This document shows, in pieces, positions 1-8,596 of a DNA stretch of 64,000 nucleotides. The first letter of the stretch is position 1. The number at the start of each line of letters is the position of its first letter. This DNA comes from an uncultured virus (IMG/VR IMGVR_UViG_3300047476_001538) (lineage: Duplodnaviria; Heunggongvirae; Uroviricota; Caudoviricetes), in the IMG/VR virus record IMGVR_UViG_3300047476_001538, positions 1 to 64,000 of that record. One strand, given 5' to 3'. A program made the translations under genes and the position numbers. Below the pieces are notes generated by a model. It was not told the origin of the DNA. It saw only the letters and a program-made list of their open reading frames with translations, and made no database searches.

Positions 1-80
1 AGAAGACCGCTAAAGTTAAAGAATTAACAGTAGTAGAAATCGAAGCGTTATTGGGTTATCCAGTAAAGGTGGTAAAATGA
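1..80 (+). CDS. 3' end of a REDGPA-repeat protein (partial, runs in from upstream)
   Basis: Translates KTAKVKELTVVEIEALLGYPVKVVK*, the conserved C-terminus of the family; ATGA overlap with next gene. Confidence 0.9.
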   Translation, partial: KTAKVKELTVVEIEALLGYPVKVVK

Positions 81-451
81 TTGAATATACAGTAAAAGTT
101 GAAGATAATGGTGATCGTTGTTGGTATCTGAATGGCAAGCTCCATAGAGAGGATGGTCCTGCTATTGAATATGCTGATGGCAGTCGTTATTGGTATCTGA
201 ATGGCAAGAGCCATCGTGAAGATGGCCCTGCTTTTGAACATTCCGATGGTAGGCGTTCTTGGTATTTGAATGGCAAGCGTCATAGGGAAGACGGTCCCGC
301 CATGGAATTTATCAATGGCACTCGTTTTTGGTATCTAAATGGCGAAGAATATACTGAAGAGGACTACATCAAGAAGACTGCTAAAGCAAAAGAACTCACT
401 GTAGCAGAAATTGAATCTTTGTTGGGTTATCAAATAAAGGTGGTAAAATGA
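77..451 (+). CDS. REDGPA (MORN-like beta-hairpin) repeat protein, 3 repeats
   Basis: 23-aa WYLNGKxHREDGPAxExxxGxRx repeats between conserved MIEYTVKV and KELTVAEIExLLGYxVKVVK ends. Confidence 0.9.
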   Translation: MIEYTVKVEDNGDRCWYLNGKLHREDGPAIEYADGSRYWYLNGKSHREDGPAFEHSDGRRSWYLNGKRHREDGPAMEFINGTRFWYLNGEEYTEEDYIKKTAKAKELTVAEIESLLGYQIKVVK

Positions 452-732
452 ATCCTAAAGTTAGAGAATTAGCAGAAAAGGCAGATTTTGTTTTCTGGCA
501 AGACGAAGCATGGAAACCTCAAGATGCCGTTATTGATTGGAGCACACAGTATGATTCAGAATTAGAAAAATTCACTAACCTTGTCATTCAGGAATGTATA
601 GATAAGATTGAAGCCTATAGAATACCTGTAGGAAATAGTCCAGCAGGAGAAATGGCCTGTGAATGGACATACGCTGCCTTAAAAGATATTCGTGATGACA
701 TCAAAGAAACTTTTGGTATTGAAAGTAATTGA
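448..732 (+). CDS. Hypothetical phage protein (paralog of 956-1213)
   Basis: MNxxxxELAxxA...LExFxxLxxxECxD...KxTFGIE shared with 956-1213; ATGA coupling. Confidence 0.8.
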   Translation: MNPKVRELAEKADFVFWQDEAWKPQDAVIDWSTQYDSELEKFTNLVIQECIDKIEAYRIPVGNSPAGEMACEWTYAALKDIRDDIKETFGIESN

Positions 733-746
733 AGGAAGTAAAAATA

Positions 747-959
747 ATGAGATATTTTCAAATTCAATATCCCGACGAAAATGATAATAATATCGTAGAG
801 GTTTTATCGGAAGAAGATATTCGTAGAGATTATTTTCCGTTTTGGTATGAAAAGATGTGTGCTAAATTTGGAAAAGCTCACGTAGACGAGAATTATACTT
901 TTGAAGATTGTTTAGGCGATTGGGAAGTAGTACATTGGGCAATTGAGGTTAAAGAATGA
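747..959 (+). CDS. Hypothetical protein
   Basis: ORF in tightly packed operon; ATG start after AAGGAAG. Confidence 0.7.
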   Translation: MRYFQIQYPDENDNNIVEVLSEEDIRRDYFPFWYEKMCAKFGKAHVDENYTFEDCLGDWEVVHWAIEVKE

Positions 960-1213
960 ACGAAAGAATTAAAGAACTTGCCAAAGAAGCAAATTTAGAT
1001 TATGATACTCATATTCCAAATGCTTGGGCTGGGACTTCTGAAGATTTGGAAAGATTTGCTAAATTGATTGTCAATGAATGTGTTGATCTGATCTTAAAAA
1101 GCGAAGAAGACGTATTTGATGAGGAAGATCCAAACAATCCATACTATCAAGGTATGATTAGAGGAAAGTTGGATGATTGCCACCTATTAAAAGATACTTT
1201 TGGGATTGAATAA
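956..1213 (+). CDS. Hypothetical phage protein (paralog of 448-732)
   Basis: Shared N-, mid- and C-terminal motifs. Confidence 0.8.
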   Translation: MNERIKELAKEANLDYDTHIPNAWAGTSEDLERFAKLIVNECVDLILKSEEDVFDEEDPNNPYYQGMIRGKLDDCHLLKDTFGIE

Positions 1214-1452
1214 TGAAAGAATCAGTTAACGTATCTGCCGCTGATTTTCCTATCAGTGATTTGAATATCTATACAAAAAATTTTCGGATTGTATACGAAC
1301 CAAAACAAGATATTACGCCTTACGAATTATCTCGCTTAATGCAACTGTTTTTTGTAACTACCATTACGTTATATGGATCTCTTAAGGTAGAAGAATTCTT
1401 GCAAGAACACAACTTAGAAAGACATTTTTCCTATCATCCTCTCAACGCTTGA
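1213..1452 (+). CDS. Hypothetical protein
   Basis: TAATG-coupled ORF. Confidence 0.7.
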   Translation: MKESVNVSAADFPISDLNIYTKNFRIVYEPKQDITPYELSRLMQLFFVTTITLYGSLKVEEFLQEHNLERHFSYHPLNA

Positions 1453-1488
1453 CTTTTCTGCCAGATGTAGTAAAATAGTCTTGTGGTT
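1449..1488 (+). promoter_or_regulatory. Repeated early promoter, copy 1
   Basis: TTGACT-N16-TAAAAT followed by conserved AGTCTTGTGGTT; near-identical copies at 3195, 6742, 9285, 9530. Confidence 0.85.
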
Positions 1489-1506
1489 GGAAAAATGGAG
1501 ACTGAA

Positions 1507-1677
1507 ATGAAAATTGTAAAAGAACCTGATGTTTTGTATGTTGTTCTGGAAGAAGATCGTGGAATGGGTGCTTCCGTTCAAGGTGTCTTTTCTGATAAAG
1601 AAAAGGCAGAAAAATTGTGTCTTGAATCTTCAAGATATTTTATTGAGGTTTCATATGTAAACGAAATTGAGGTATAA
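1507..1677 (+). CDS. Small hypothetical protein (paralog of 3255-3434)
   Basis: GGAG RBS; Y(V/I)VL...V(F/Y)SxKxxAE motif shared with 3255-3434. Confidence 0.75.
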   Translation: MKIVKEPDVLYVVLEEDRGMGASVQGVFSDKEKAEKLCLESSRYFIEVSYVNEIEV

Positions 1678-1678
1678 A

Positions 1679-1918
1679 ATGAACAACAAAGAAACCTTTC
1701 AACAAGAATTTAAAGCGTTATTAGAAAAGTATAATGTATCCATTGGTTTCCAAGTTTCGGAGTGTTCTGATACTCATGGTTTATCTGGAGAGAAGATGAT
1801 TGTCTATCACACTATCCCAAACACCCACAAAACCGAAGATTGGATTAAGGTGGATGGTTGGGATATTGGTGCTTCTGATATAGAAATTACCGAAGATGAA
1901 AATTATAACGAAGTTTAA
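1679..1918 (+). CDS. Hypothetical protein
   Basis: GAGG RBS; its 5' end is duplicated at 3436. Confidence 0.75.
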   Translation: MNNKETFQQEFKALLEKYNVSIGFQVSECSDTHGLSGEKMIVYHTIPNTHKTEDWIKVDGWDIGASDIEITEDENYNEV

Positions 1919-2558
1919 AGATTATTACGATTTCTATTCTACAAATTTTGGTGGTCCTGATCCAAAAGTAGTCTATGAGCGCCATCTATTAAACGATCTT
2001 TCTCAAATATATTTTAATGATGATTCTAAGATTAAAAATGATGAAGTTGATCTTGTTCTTAGGCTCGCTAATACTATATATGATTACGATTTCCGTTGGT
2101 TGATTGTTTGCGGGAAGAAATTTCTTCTATTCAGAAAAAGCGAATATCCAAAAACTCAAATATGGACTGCTTATAAAAATTCTACAGAAGTAGAAAAACA
2201 TCTAAATCTTCTCAAAGGAAAACGTAGTAGATGGGAGATTTTTCCTAGGAAAACTCCTGAATACTATATGGGCGAGTTTTCTCAAAAGAATCTTGATTTC
2301 TGCATTAAACACAAATCTCCTGTAGTTGTGATTGGTGGTGATAGATTTACTACAGATTCTCCAATTCTAGGTGATATTATTAACTTTGTATCAATGTATC
2401 CCGCTGAACAAATCTATCAGGATATCTCTTACTTTATGCTAAACCAAATTAATGGTAGCCCCGATATTGATCCGCCAGTAGTGTTGGATGATAAATTTAA
2501 GATTGAATATGCGGGGTTTGATAAGAAATACTCATTCAGACCTGCCATGAGAAAATAG
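1896..2558 (+). CDS. Hypothetical phage protein
   Basis: 220-aa ORF, MKIITKFKDYYD N-terminus and GFDKKxSFR C-terminus. Confidence 0.8.
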   Translation: MKIITKFKDYYDFYSTNFGGPDPKVVYERHLLNDLSQIYFNDDSKIKNDEVDLVLRLANTIYDYDFRWLIVCGKKFLLFRKSEYPKTQIWTAYKNSTEVEKHLNLLKGKRSRWEIFPRKTPEYYMGEFSQKNLDFCIKHKSPVVVIGGDRFTTDSPILGDIINFVSMYPAEQIYQDISYFMLNQINGSPDIDPPVVLDDKFKIEYAGFDKKYSFRPAMRK

Positions 2559-2567
2559 GAAAAGATC

Positions 2568-2774
2568 ATGACTATAAGTTCAGAAAGATACAGGTCAGTT
2601 GTTCAAACAGAAAAGTTTCTGTTAGATTTACTTGATCCAAAAAAGACTCCAAAAGTTCCTAAACACATTAGACAACAAGCAATATCGTGTTTGCGCCATT
2701 ATCCTTGCCAATGGGTAATGGACTTGACCTCAGAAGTTTATCCTGATATGTGGAAGAAAGAATTTAATGACTAA
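2568..2774 (+). CDS. Hypothetical phage protein
   Basis: AGGA RBS; P(K/R)VPxxIRxxAxxxLRHYP motif. Confidence 0.8.
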   Translation: MTISSERYRSVVQTEKFLLDLLDPKKTPKVPKHIRQQAISCLRHYPCQWVMDLTSEVYPDMWKKEFND

Positions 2775-3198
2775 ATCAAAATATCAAAAACCAGCAGAAG
2801 GTATAATGCTAACTCACGATTTCAAGGATGCTAAGTTTTATTCAGTAAATTGTTCGTGTACTAATCCAGATGATAAGATTGACCTTGAAATAGAAGCCGA
2901 CGAGTATGGAGAAATCGTAGTATATTTTCATACCACTGCAAAAACTCATTGGTGGAAAACTTTAGCGAATTGGGAAACTCATAAGATTGACAATCCGTTC
3001 TTATATCTCATTGTAAATTCCGTTCAATCGCTAATCAATGCATTACATCAACGAATTAAACTAACCAAAGAAATTTGGTGGAATGGATACATTTCTCTAC
3101 AAACTACTACCATTCTCACAAAGCAGACTGCATTGAATTTTTCAGAAACACTCAAGGATGCCGTCAAAGAAATAGAAACCCGAAATGATAAACCTTGA
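2767..3198 (+). CDS. Hypothetical protein
   Basis: 143-aa overlapping ORF in operon. Confidence 0.75.
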   Translation: MTKSKYQKPAEGIMLTHDFKDAKFYSVNCSCTNPDDKIDLEIEADEYGEIVVYFHTTAKTHWWKTLANWETHKIDNPFLYLIVNSVQSLINALHQRIKLTKEIWWNGYISLQTTTILTKQTALNFSETLKDAVKEIETRNDKP

Positions 3199-3234
3199 CT
3201 TTTCTGTAAATTGTAGTAAAATAGTCTTGTGGTT
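3195..3234 (+). promoter_or_regulatory. Repeated early promoter, copy 2
   Basis: TTGACT-N16-TAAAAT AGTCTTGTGGTT. Confidence 0.85.
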
Positions 3235-3254
3235 AGAAAAACGCGGAGACAAAG

Positions 3255-3434
3255 ATGAAAGTTTACATCGTGCTCGGATCAACTTATGAATATAACCCTG
3301 ATGCTGCTTCTGATGAAGTTTTGAGAGTCTATTCTTCTAAAAAAGTTGCAGAACAATTTGTTGAGAAATACAAAGAATCGTGGGATGAACTTCAAATACT
3401 TCAATATGAAGTCGAAAAAACTTTTGGAGGATAA
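3255..3434 (+). CDS. Small hypothetical protein, 59 aa (absent from ORF track)
   Basis: GGAG RBS; MKVYIVLGSTYEYNPDAASDEVLRVYSSKKVAEQF..., similar to 1507-1677. Confidence 0.75.
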   Translation: MKVYIVLGSTYEYNPDAASDEVLRVYSSKKVAEQFVEKYKESWDELQILQYEVEKTFGG

Positions 3435-3435
3435 A

Positions 3436-3516
3436 ATGAACAACAAAGAAACCTTTCAACAAGAATTCAAGAAGATGAAATTGGAGAATAGCGTCAACAA
3501 ATCATTTGACAAGTGA
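3436..3516 (+). pseudogene. Truncated copy of the 1679-1918 gene
   Basis: First ~32 nt identical (MNNKETFQQEFK), then diverges and stops after 26 codons. Confidence 0.65.
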
Positions 3517-3559
3517 TTAGTTTTCTATTATACTATCCACTTACATAGGAGCGAACAAA

Positions 3560-3850
3560 ATGGGTACAATAGATTTTGAAACTATCTCAAAAGCAAAGGG
3601 TGCTAAATCGGCTTTCAATAAAGCAGTAAAAGAAGCTCGTAAGATTCACGGGACTGGCGGATATTCGGGCACAATTGCCGAAAAGAGTTCGTTTGTAATG
3701 ATAACAGTTCCAGAAGGGGAAGATCCCCACAAATATGCCAACAAGCTTCTAGATAAGGAAGATTCTCGGATTGAGAATAAATGGGGACCGGCTGGCTGTG
3801 TAAAGGTATCTGACGGCGAATTCTTATTTTTCGGATTTGCTTCTTGTTAA
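3560..3850 (+). CDS. Hypothetical phage protein
   Basis: Own TTGACA/TATACT promoter and AGGAG RBS; GYSGTIAEK and KWGPAGC motifs. Confidence 0.8.
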   Translation: MGTIDFETISKAKGAKSAFNKAVKEARKIHGTGGYSGTIAEKSSFVMITVPEGEDPHKYANKLLDKEDSRIENKWGPAGCVKVSDGEFLFFGFASC

Positions 3851-3929
3851 AACCCTAGATTCTTGATTGACATTGCTAGTCATTGAGTGTACCATACGAC
3901 TTTACTTAACCACAACCGGAGAAAATAAG

Positions 3930-4298
3930 ATGATTATTGTAAAACAAGTTAGTTACGCATTTCTCCAGATTGGTGTATTCAATGATAGAGCACAAACTAT
4001 TCCTACTTGCTCTCAGTTCAGAATGGATTCTTCTAGGTATAACTCTTTCGCAGAATTCATCAAAAAGAATGTACAATATGCGAATCATATCCGTGATACA
4101 TATCACGATAATGCTGGTTCAAAGTCCAAATACAGTATGGGAAATGTTGATTCATTTATAACTTATGATCGTATTCCTATTGTTTTGATTACTCTTCCTA
4201 CGTTTTTACAGTTCCATTTAGTTATTGGAACTGATGTATTGACCGTGGATGCAACCGATCTTGAAGAAATTTCCAGTCAACTGGTGAAATTAAAATGA
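3930..4298 (+). CDS. Hypothetical protein leading the REDGPA array
   Basis: TTGACA/TACCAT promoter, GGAG RBS, ATGA overlap with 4295. Confidence 0.75.
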   Translation: MIIVKQVSYAFLQIGVFNDRAQTIPTCSQFRMDSSRYNSFAEFIKKNVQYANHIRDTYHDNAGSKSKYSMGNVDSFITYDRIPIVLITLPTFLQFHLVIGTDVLTVDATDLEEISSQLVKLK

Positions 4299-4738
4299 TT
4301 GAATATACAGTAAAAGTTGATGACAATGGCACTCGTTATTGCTGGCTGAATGGTAAGCGGCACCGAGAAGATGGACCTGCTATTGAATATGCTGATGGTA
4401 CTCGTTGTTGGTATCTGAATGGCGATCTTCACCGAGAAGATGGTCCTGCTGTTGAATATGCAAATGGTGATCATTGTTGGTATCTGAATGGCGATCTTCA
4501 CCGAGAAGATGGTCCTGCTGTTGAATATGCAAATGGTGATCATTGTTGGTATCTGAATGGCAAGTATCACCGAGAAGATGGTCCTGCTGTTGAACATACC
4601 AATGGTACTCGTTATTGGTTTCTGAACGACGTAGAATATACAGAAGAAGACTTCAACAAGAAGACTGCTAAAGTAAAAGAACTCACAGTAGCAGAGATTG
4701 AATCTTTGTTAGGTCATCCAGTAAAGGTGGTAAAGTGA
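4295..4738 (+). CDS. REDGPA repeat protein, 4 repeats
   Basis: 147 aa; two internal 69-bp units identical. Confidence 0.9.
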   Translation: MIEYTVKVDDNGTRYCWLNGKRHREDGPAIEYADGTRCWYLNGDLHREDGPAVEYANGDHCWYLNGDLHREDGPAVEYANGDHCWYLNGKYHREDGPAVEHTNGTRYWFLNDVEYTEEDFNKKTAKVKELTVAEIESLLGHPVKVVK

Positions 4739-5178
4739 TAGAATACAAAGTAAAAGTTAATGATTATGGCGACCGTTATTGGTACTTGAATGTCAAGCTC
4801 CATCGTGAAGATGGTCCTGCCGTTGAATGTGTAGATGGTACTCGTTTTTGGTATTTGAATGGCAAGTGTCACCGGGAAGACGGTCCTGCTATTGAAAATG
4901 CTGATGGTACTCGTTTTTGGTATTTGAATGGCAAGCGTCATCGGATAGATGGTCCTGCTATTGAACGTTCTGATGGTAGTCGTTGGTGGTATTTGAATGA
5001 CAAACTCCATCGGGAAGATGGCCCTGCTATGGAATGCATTGATGGCACTCGTTGGTGGTTTTTGAATGGTGTAGAATATACTGAAAAAGAATTCAACAAG
5101 AATACCGCTAAAGTAAAAGAATTAACTGTAGCAGAGATTGAATCATTGTTAGGTTATCAAATAAAGGTGGTAAAATGA
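4735..5178 (+). CDS. REDGPA repeat protein, 4 repeats
   Basis: 147 aa, GTGA overlap. Confidence 0.9.
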   Translation: MIEYKVKVNDYGDRYWYLNVKLHREDGPAVECVDGTRFWYLNGKCHREDGPAIENADGTRFWYLNGKRHRIDGPAIERSDGSRWWYLNDKLHREDGPAMECIDGTRWWFLNGVEYTEKEFNKNTAKVKELTVAEIESLLGYQIKVVK

Positions 5179-5549
5179 TAGAATATATAGTAAAAGTTGA
5201 TACCAATGGTGATCGTTTTTGGTATTTGAATGACAAACTCCACAGAGAAGACGGTCCCGCTTGCGAATATGCTGATGGTACTCGTTTTTGGTATTTGAAT
5301 GACAAACGTCATCGGGAAGATGGCCCTGCTATCCAATTAAAAAATGGAACTCTCCAATGGTTTTTGAATGACAATCTTCACCGAGAAGATGGCCCTGCCA
5401 TTGAAGATGCTGATGGGGACCGTGCTTGGTATTTGAACGGTGTAGAATATACCAAAATAGAATTTCTCAAGAAGACCGTTGGAGTAAGAGAACTCACTGA
5501 AGCAGAAATCGAAGAGTTATTAGGGTATCCAGTAAAGGTGGTAAAATGA
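5175..5549 (+). CDS. REDGPA repeat protein, 3 repeats
   Basis: 124 aa, ATGA overlap. Confidence 0.9.
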   Translation: MIEYIVKVDTNGDRFWYLNDKLHREDGPACEYADGTRFWYLNDKRHREDGPAIQLKNGTLQWFLNDNLHREDGPAIEDADGDRAWYLNGVEYTKIEFLKKTVGVRELTEAEIEELLGYPVKVVK

Positions 5550-5851
5550 TAGAATATACAGTAAAAGTCTTTGATAATGGTGATCGTTGGTGGTATCTGA
5601 ATGACAAGCGGCATCGAGAAGATGGTCCCGCTATTGAATATTCAAATGGTAGTCGTTGGTGGTATTTGAATGGCAAACTTCACCGAGAAGATGGTCCTGC
5701 TATGGAATTTACTAATGGTACTCGTCGTTGGTATCTGAACGACGAAGAATATACAGAAGAAGAATTCAACGAGAAGACCGCTAAAGTAAAAGAACTTACT
5801 GTAGCAGAGATCGAAAAATTATTGGGTTATTCGGTAAAGGTGGTAAAATGA
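5546..5851 (+). CDS. REDGPA repeat protein, 2 repeats
   Basis: 101 aa, ATGA overlap. Confidence 0.9.
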   Translation: MIEYTVKVFDNGDRWWYLNDKRHREDGPAIEYSNGSRWWYLNGKLHREDGPAMEFTNGTRRWYLNDEEYTEEEFNEKTAKVKELTVAEIEKLLGYSVKVVK

Positions 5852-6291
5852 TTGAATACACTGTAAAAGTATATGATAATGGCACTCGTGAGTGGTATCT
5901 GAATGGTAAGCGTCACCGAGAAGACGGTCCTGCTATTGAATGTACTAATGGTAGTAGTTGTTGGTATCAGAATGGCAAGCGGCATCGGGAAGATGGCCCC
6001 GCTATTGAATGTGCAAATGGCACTCGTCGTTGGTATCTGAATGGCAAACCTCACCGAGAAGATGGTCCTGCTGTTGAATATGTAAGTGGCACTCTCCATT
6101 GGTATTTGAATGGCAAACCTCACAGAGAAGATGGTCCTGCGTTCGAATTATATGATGGCAGTTGTTATTGGTATTTGAATGGTGAAGAATATACAGAAAA
6201 AGAATTCAACGAGAAGACCGCTAAAGTAAAAGAACTTACTGTAGCAGAGATCGAAAAATTATTGGGTTATTCGGTAAAGGTGGTAAAATGA
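5848..6291 (+). CDS. REDGPA repeat protein, 4 repeats
   Basis: 147 aa; 3' ~90 nt identical to previous gene. Confidence 0.9.
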   Translation: MIEYTVKVYDNGTREWYLNGKRHREDGPAIECTNGSSCWYQNGKRHREDGPAIECANGTRRWYLNGKPHREDGPAVEYVSGTLHWYLNGKPHREDGPAFELYDGSCYWYLNGEEYTEKEFNEKTAKVKELTVAEIEKLLGYSVKVVK

Positions 6292-6734
6292 TTGAATATA
6301 TAGTAAAAGTCGATGATAATGGTTCTAGTTGTTGGTATTTGAATGGTAAGATCCACAGAGAAGATGGTCCTGCTGTTGAATCATATGATGGTAGTCGTTA
6401 TTGGTATCTGAATGACAAACTACACAGAGAAGATGGTCCTGCTGTTGAATTAAATGATGGTAGTAGTTCTTGGTGGTTGAATGGCAAGCGTCACCGAGAA
6501 GACGGTCCTGCTATTGAATATGCAAATGGTGATCGTTATTGGTATTTGAATGACAAGTATCACCGAGAAGACGGTCCTGCTGTTGAATATATGACTGGTA
6601 TGCGTTTTTGGTATCTAAATGGCAAAGAATATACCGAAGAGGACTTCATCAAGAAGACTAAAGCAACAGAATTAACATTAGCAGAAATTGAAGCGTTGCT
6701 GGGTCATCCAGTAAAGGTGGTAAATGGCAAGTGA
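6288..6734 (+). CDS. REDGPA repeat protein, 4 repeats (last in array)
   Basis: 148 aa. Confidence 0.9.
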   Translation: MIEYIVKVDDNGSSCWYLNGKIHREDGPAVESYDGSRYWYLNDKLHREDGPAVELNDGSSSWWLNGKRHREDGPAIEYANGDRYWYLNDKYHREDGPAVEYMTGMRFWYLNGKEYTEEDFIKKTKATELTLAEIEALLGHPVKVVNGK

Positions 6735-6741
6735 AAAACGC

Positions 6742-6781
6742 TTGACTTTTCTGTAAAGTGTAGTAAAATAGTCTTGTGGTT
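6742..6781 (+). promoter_or_regulatory. Repeated early promoter, copy 3
   Basis: TTGACT-N16-TAAAAT AGTCTTGTGGTT. Confidence 0.85.
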
Positions 6782-6800
6782 GAAACTTTAGGAGTAAAAA

Positions 6801-7224
6801 ATGAACTACAAACAAACAAGCATATGATCAAGCGGTAGACGAACTCGGCTTTCAGAACCTTCCCTCTGATCCACCATCGCCAAAGTATATGTACTATGCC
6901 TACAAGAATGGAACTTGTTCTATTTTTGAAACCGAAAAGGCAGCAAAAGAGTTTTCATATATTATAGAAAAGTTTCAGGTCAATAAGGAAGAAGTATCCC
7001 AATACTGGGATACGCATACGAAGATATCCACGTTAGCAGAAAACATCTGGTACAAGGCTCTTGAAGAAAAGTATAAGGATCTTTCTCCAGAAATGTTTGT
7101 TGCTTGTTATGGCGAAGCCTATGATAGAGGTCATTCTGCTGGATGGGATGAGGTTGTTTATTATATGGACGATGTAGTATCGTTTGCTAATACAATCAAG
7201 AACATCGTTGAGAAACAACAATGA
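6801..7224 (+). pseudogene. Hypothetical gene frameshifted at an (ACAA)3 tract (or restarting at 6889)
   Basis: AGGAG-ATG at 6801 stops after 8 codons; deleting one ACAA joins it to the open frame QAYDQAVDELG...MYYAYK ending at 7224. Confidence 0.6.
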
Positions 7225-7403
7225 ACCAAGAACGATTTGAAGAGATTAAACTTCGTGCAGAAGAATTATACAAGAATTATAATGAACGGGTAAGAACTGA
7301 ACCGTCATTTAATGATAATTTTGAAGTATGGATTGCGTCAGTCGCATTTAATGCTGGATATGAAGAATGCAGCAAAGATTTTCGTGAAGATGGATGGAAT
7401 TAA
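7221..7403 (+). CDS. Hypothetical protein (paralog of N-terminus of 7405-7728)
   Basis: Shared EIxxxAxxLxKxY...W...A...AGYxEC. Confidence 0.75.
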   Translation: MNQERFEEIKLRAEELYKNYNERVRTEPSFNDNFEVWIASVAFNAGYEECSKDFREDGWN

Positions 7404-7404
7404 A

Positions 7405-7728
7405 ATGAACGAAAAACTATACTTAGAAATAGTTGAAGAAGCCGACAAGCTCTTCAAAAAATATAGTTCTGGCATAAAAGGACAGCAATTAACTGTTTCT
7501 GACAGTCTGGATTATTGGATGGTCAGGGTTGCTCATAACAAGGGGTTTAAAGCAGGATATCAAGAGTGTCTTGATACTGAAGTTCGGCAACTGCTAAAGG
7601 ATGCTAACATTGTTACTGGCGAGGATGCAGAACGATTGCAACATCGGATGGATAATTCTACACCAATATCCGATGAAGAACGTAAACGAATGAAGGAAAA
7701 TTATGAGCGATTCAACATTAAAAATTGA
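7405..7728 (+). CDS. Hypothetical protein
   Basis: ATG immediately after previous stop. Confidence 0.75.
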   Translation: MNEKLYLEIVEEADKLFKKYSSGIKGQQLTVSDSLDYWMVRVAHNKGFKAGYQECLDTEVRQLLKDANIVTGEDAERLQHRMDNSTPISDEERKRMKENYERFNIKN

Positions 7729-7954
7729 AAAACGATTTCCAGCAAAAGGCGTAAGAGCAACCCTCCATCCATTACTTGATGGCTGTGGTGGTTACTTCAT
7801 TAGAATTTATGATGAAAATTTTGGGATGAAGGACTACGATATTTTCCATTACGATCTTGAGATTACAATTGATGACGATTCTGCGGATTTCATTGAAACA
7901 GAAGACGGTGGAATGTATTTAGATTATTCTTTAGAGGCTATGAGAGGCGAATAA
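7703..7954 (+). CDS. Hypothetical phage protein
   Basis: AAGGA RBS; acidic 83-aa ORF. Confidence 0.75.
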   Translation: MSDSTLKIEKRFPAKGVRATLHPLLDGCGGYFIRIYDENFGMKDYDIFHYDLEITIDDDSADFIETEDGGMYLDYSLEAMRGE

Positions 7955-8397
7955 TGAGCGAACCTAAAAGTTTATATGATGCTAAAAAATTGGAATCATT
8001 CAGTGAAGCATGCCAAAAAGCACAAGATGATTACAAAAAAGAGGTAGATTCTTTTTGGGAGAGTTTGTCTTACGATGACAAACTGAAAGCATTTTCTTAT
8101 GTGATTTCCAAAGTCTATGACGCAGACGTAGTTGACCGAGGAAGTTATCGTTGGTGCTTGTATGACAAGTTTGGATTCCAAGAAGATTCTTATATGATCG
8201 GCATGGACTGTGGCTATATGACATTACACAATATCATATACAGTGGAGTAGATTTTGATAAATTTCAAACTGCCAAAACGGTAAAGATGGGATATCATAC
8301 GCTCGATGTTGATTCCAAAGAGAAATTAAAATTTTTTTTCAACGAAGAAACAAAAGAACTGACTATTAAGACAGTTGATATATTTAAGGAGAATTAA
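7954..8397 (+). CDS. Hypothetical phage protein
   Basis: TAATG coupling; GSYRWxLYDxFGF...GMDCGYMxLHN. Confidence 0.8.
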   Translation: MSEPKSLYDAKKLESFSEACQKAQDDYKKEVDSFWESLSYDDKLKAFSYVISKVYDADVVDRGSYRWCLYDKFGFQEDSYMIGMDCGYMTLHNIIYSGVDFDKFQTAKTVKMGYHTLDVDSKEKLKFFFNEETKELTIKTVDIFKEN

Positions 8398-8398
8398 C

Positions 8399-8596
8399 AT
8401 GGATTCTGACGACAAGGTGCTTGCTGTGATGTTTGGTGGTGCCGCAATATTTGCGATTGCTGCGGTGGTTACGTTTAATATACGATACTCACACGTTGAG
8501 GTAGAGGCAGTAAAAGCTGGATTACAGCAATGCGTAGTTAAGATTGGAGGCATAGAAGAATTTGCTTGGCAAAAGGAATGTAAAGATGAAAATTAA
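8399..8596 (+). CDS. Small membrane protein (paralog of 60299-60502)
   Basis: AGGAG RBS, TM helix, AxKAGLQQC motif. Confidence 0.75.
   Translation: MDSDDKVLAVMFGGAAIFAIAAVVTFNIRYSHVEVEAVKAGLQQCVVKIGGIEEFAWQKECKDEN

Noticed and set aside
56-6123. Minus-strand ORFs (MTLAIQIP... family) over the repeat genes
   Set aside because: Antisense shadows of the repeated plus-strand frame, without RBS or promoter.
4295-6734. CRISPR array or guide-RNA array suggested by regular repeats
   Set aside because: Repeats are in-frame 69-bp coding units with synonymous variation and no unique spacers; no cas genes in the window. The same applies to the DUF4116 repeats.
77-6734. Diversity-generating retroelement acting on the REDGPA genes
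   Set aside because: No reverse transcriptase or non-coding template repeat in the window, and variation is not limited to adenine positions. An RT elsewhere cannot be excluded.
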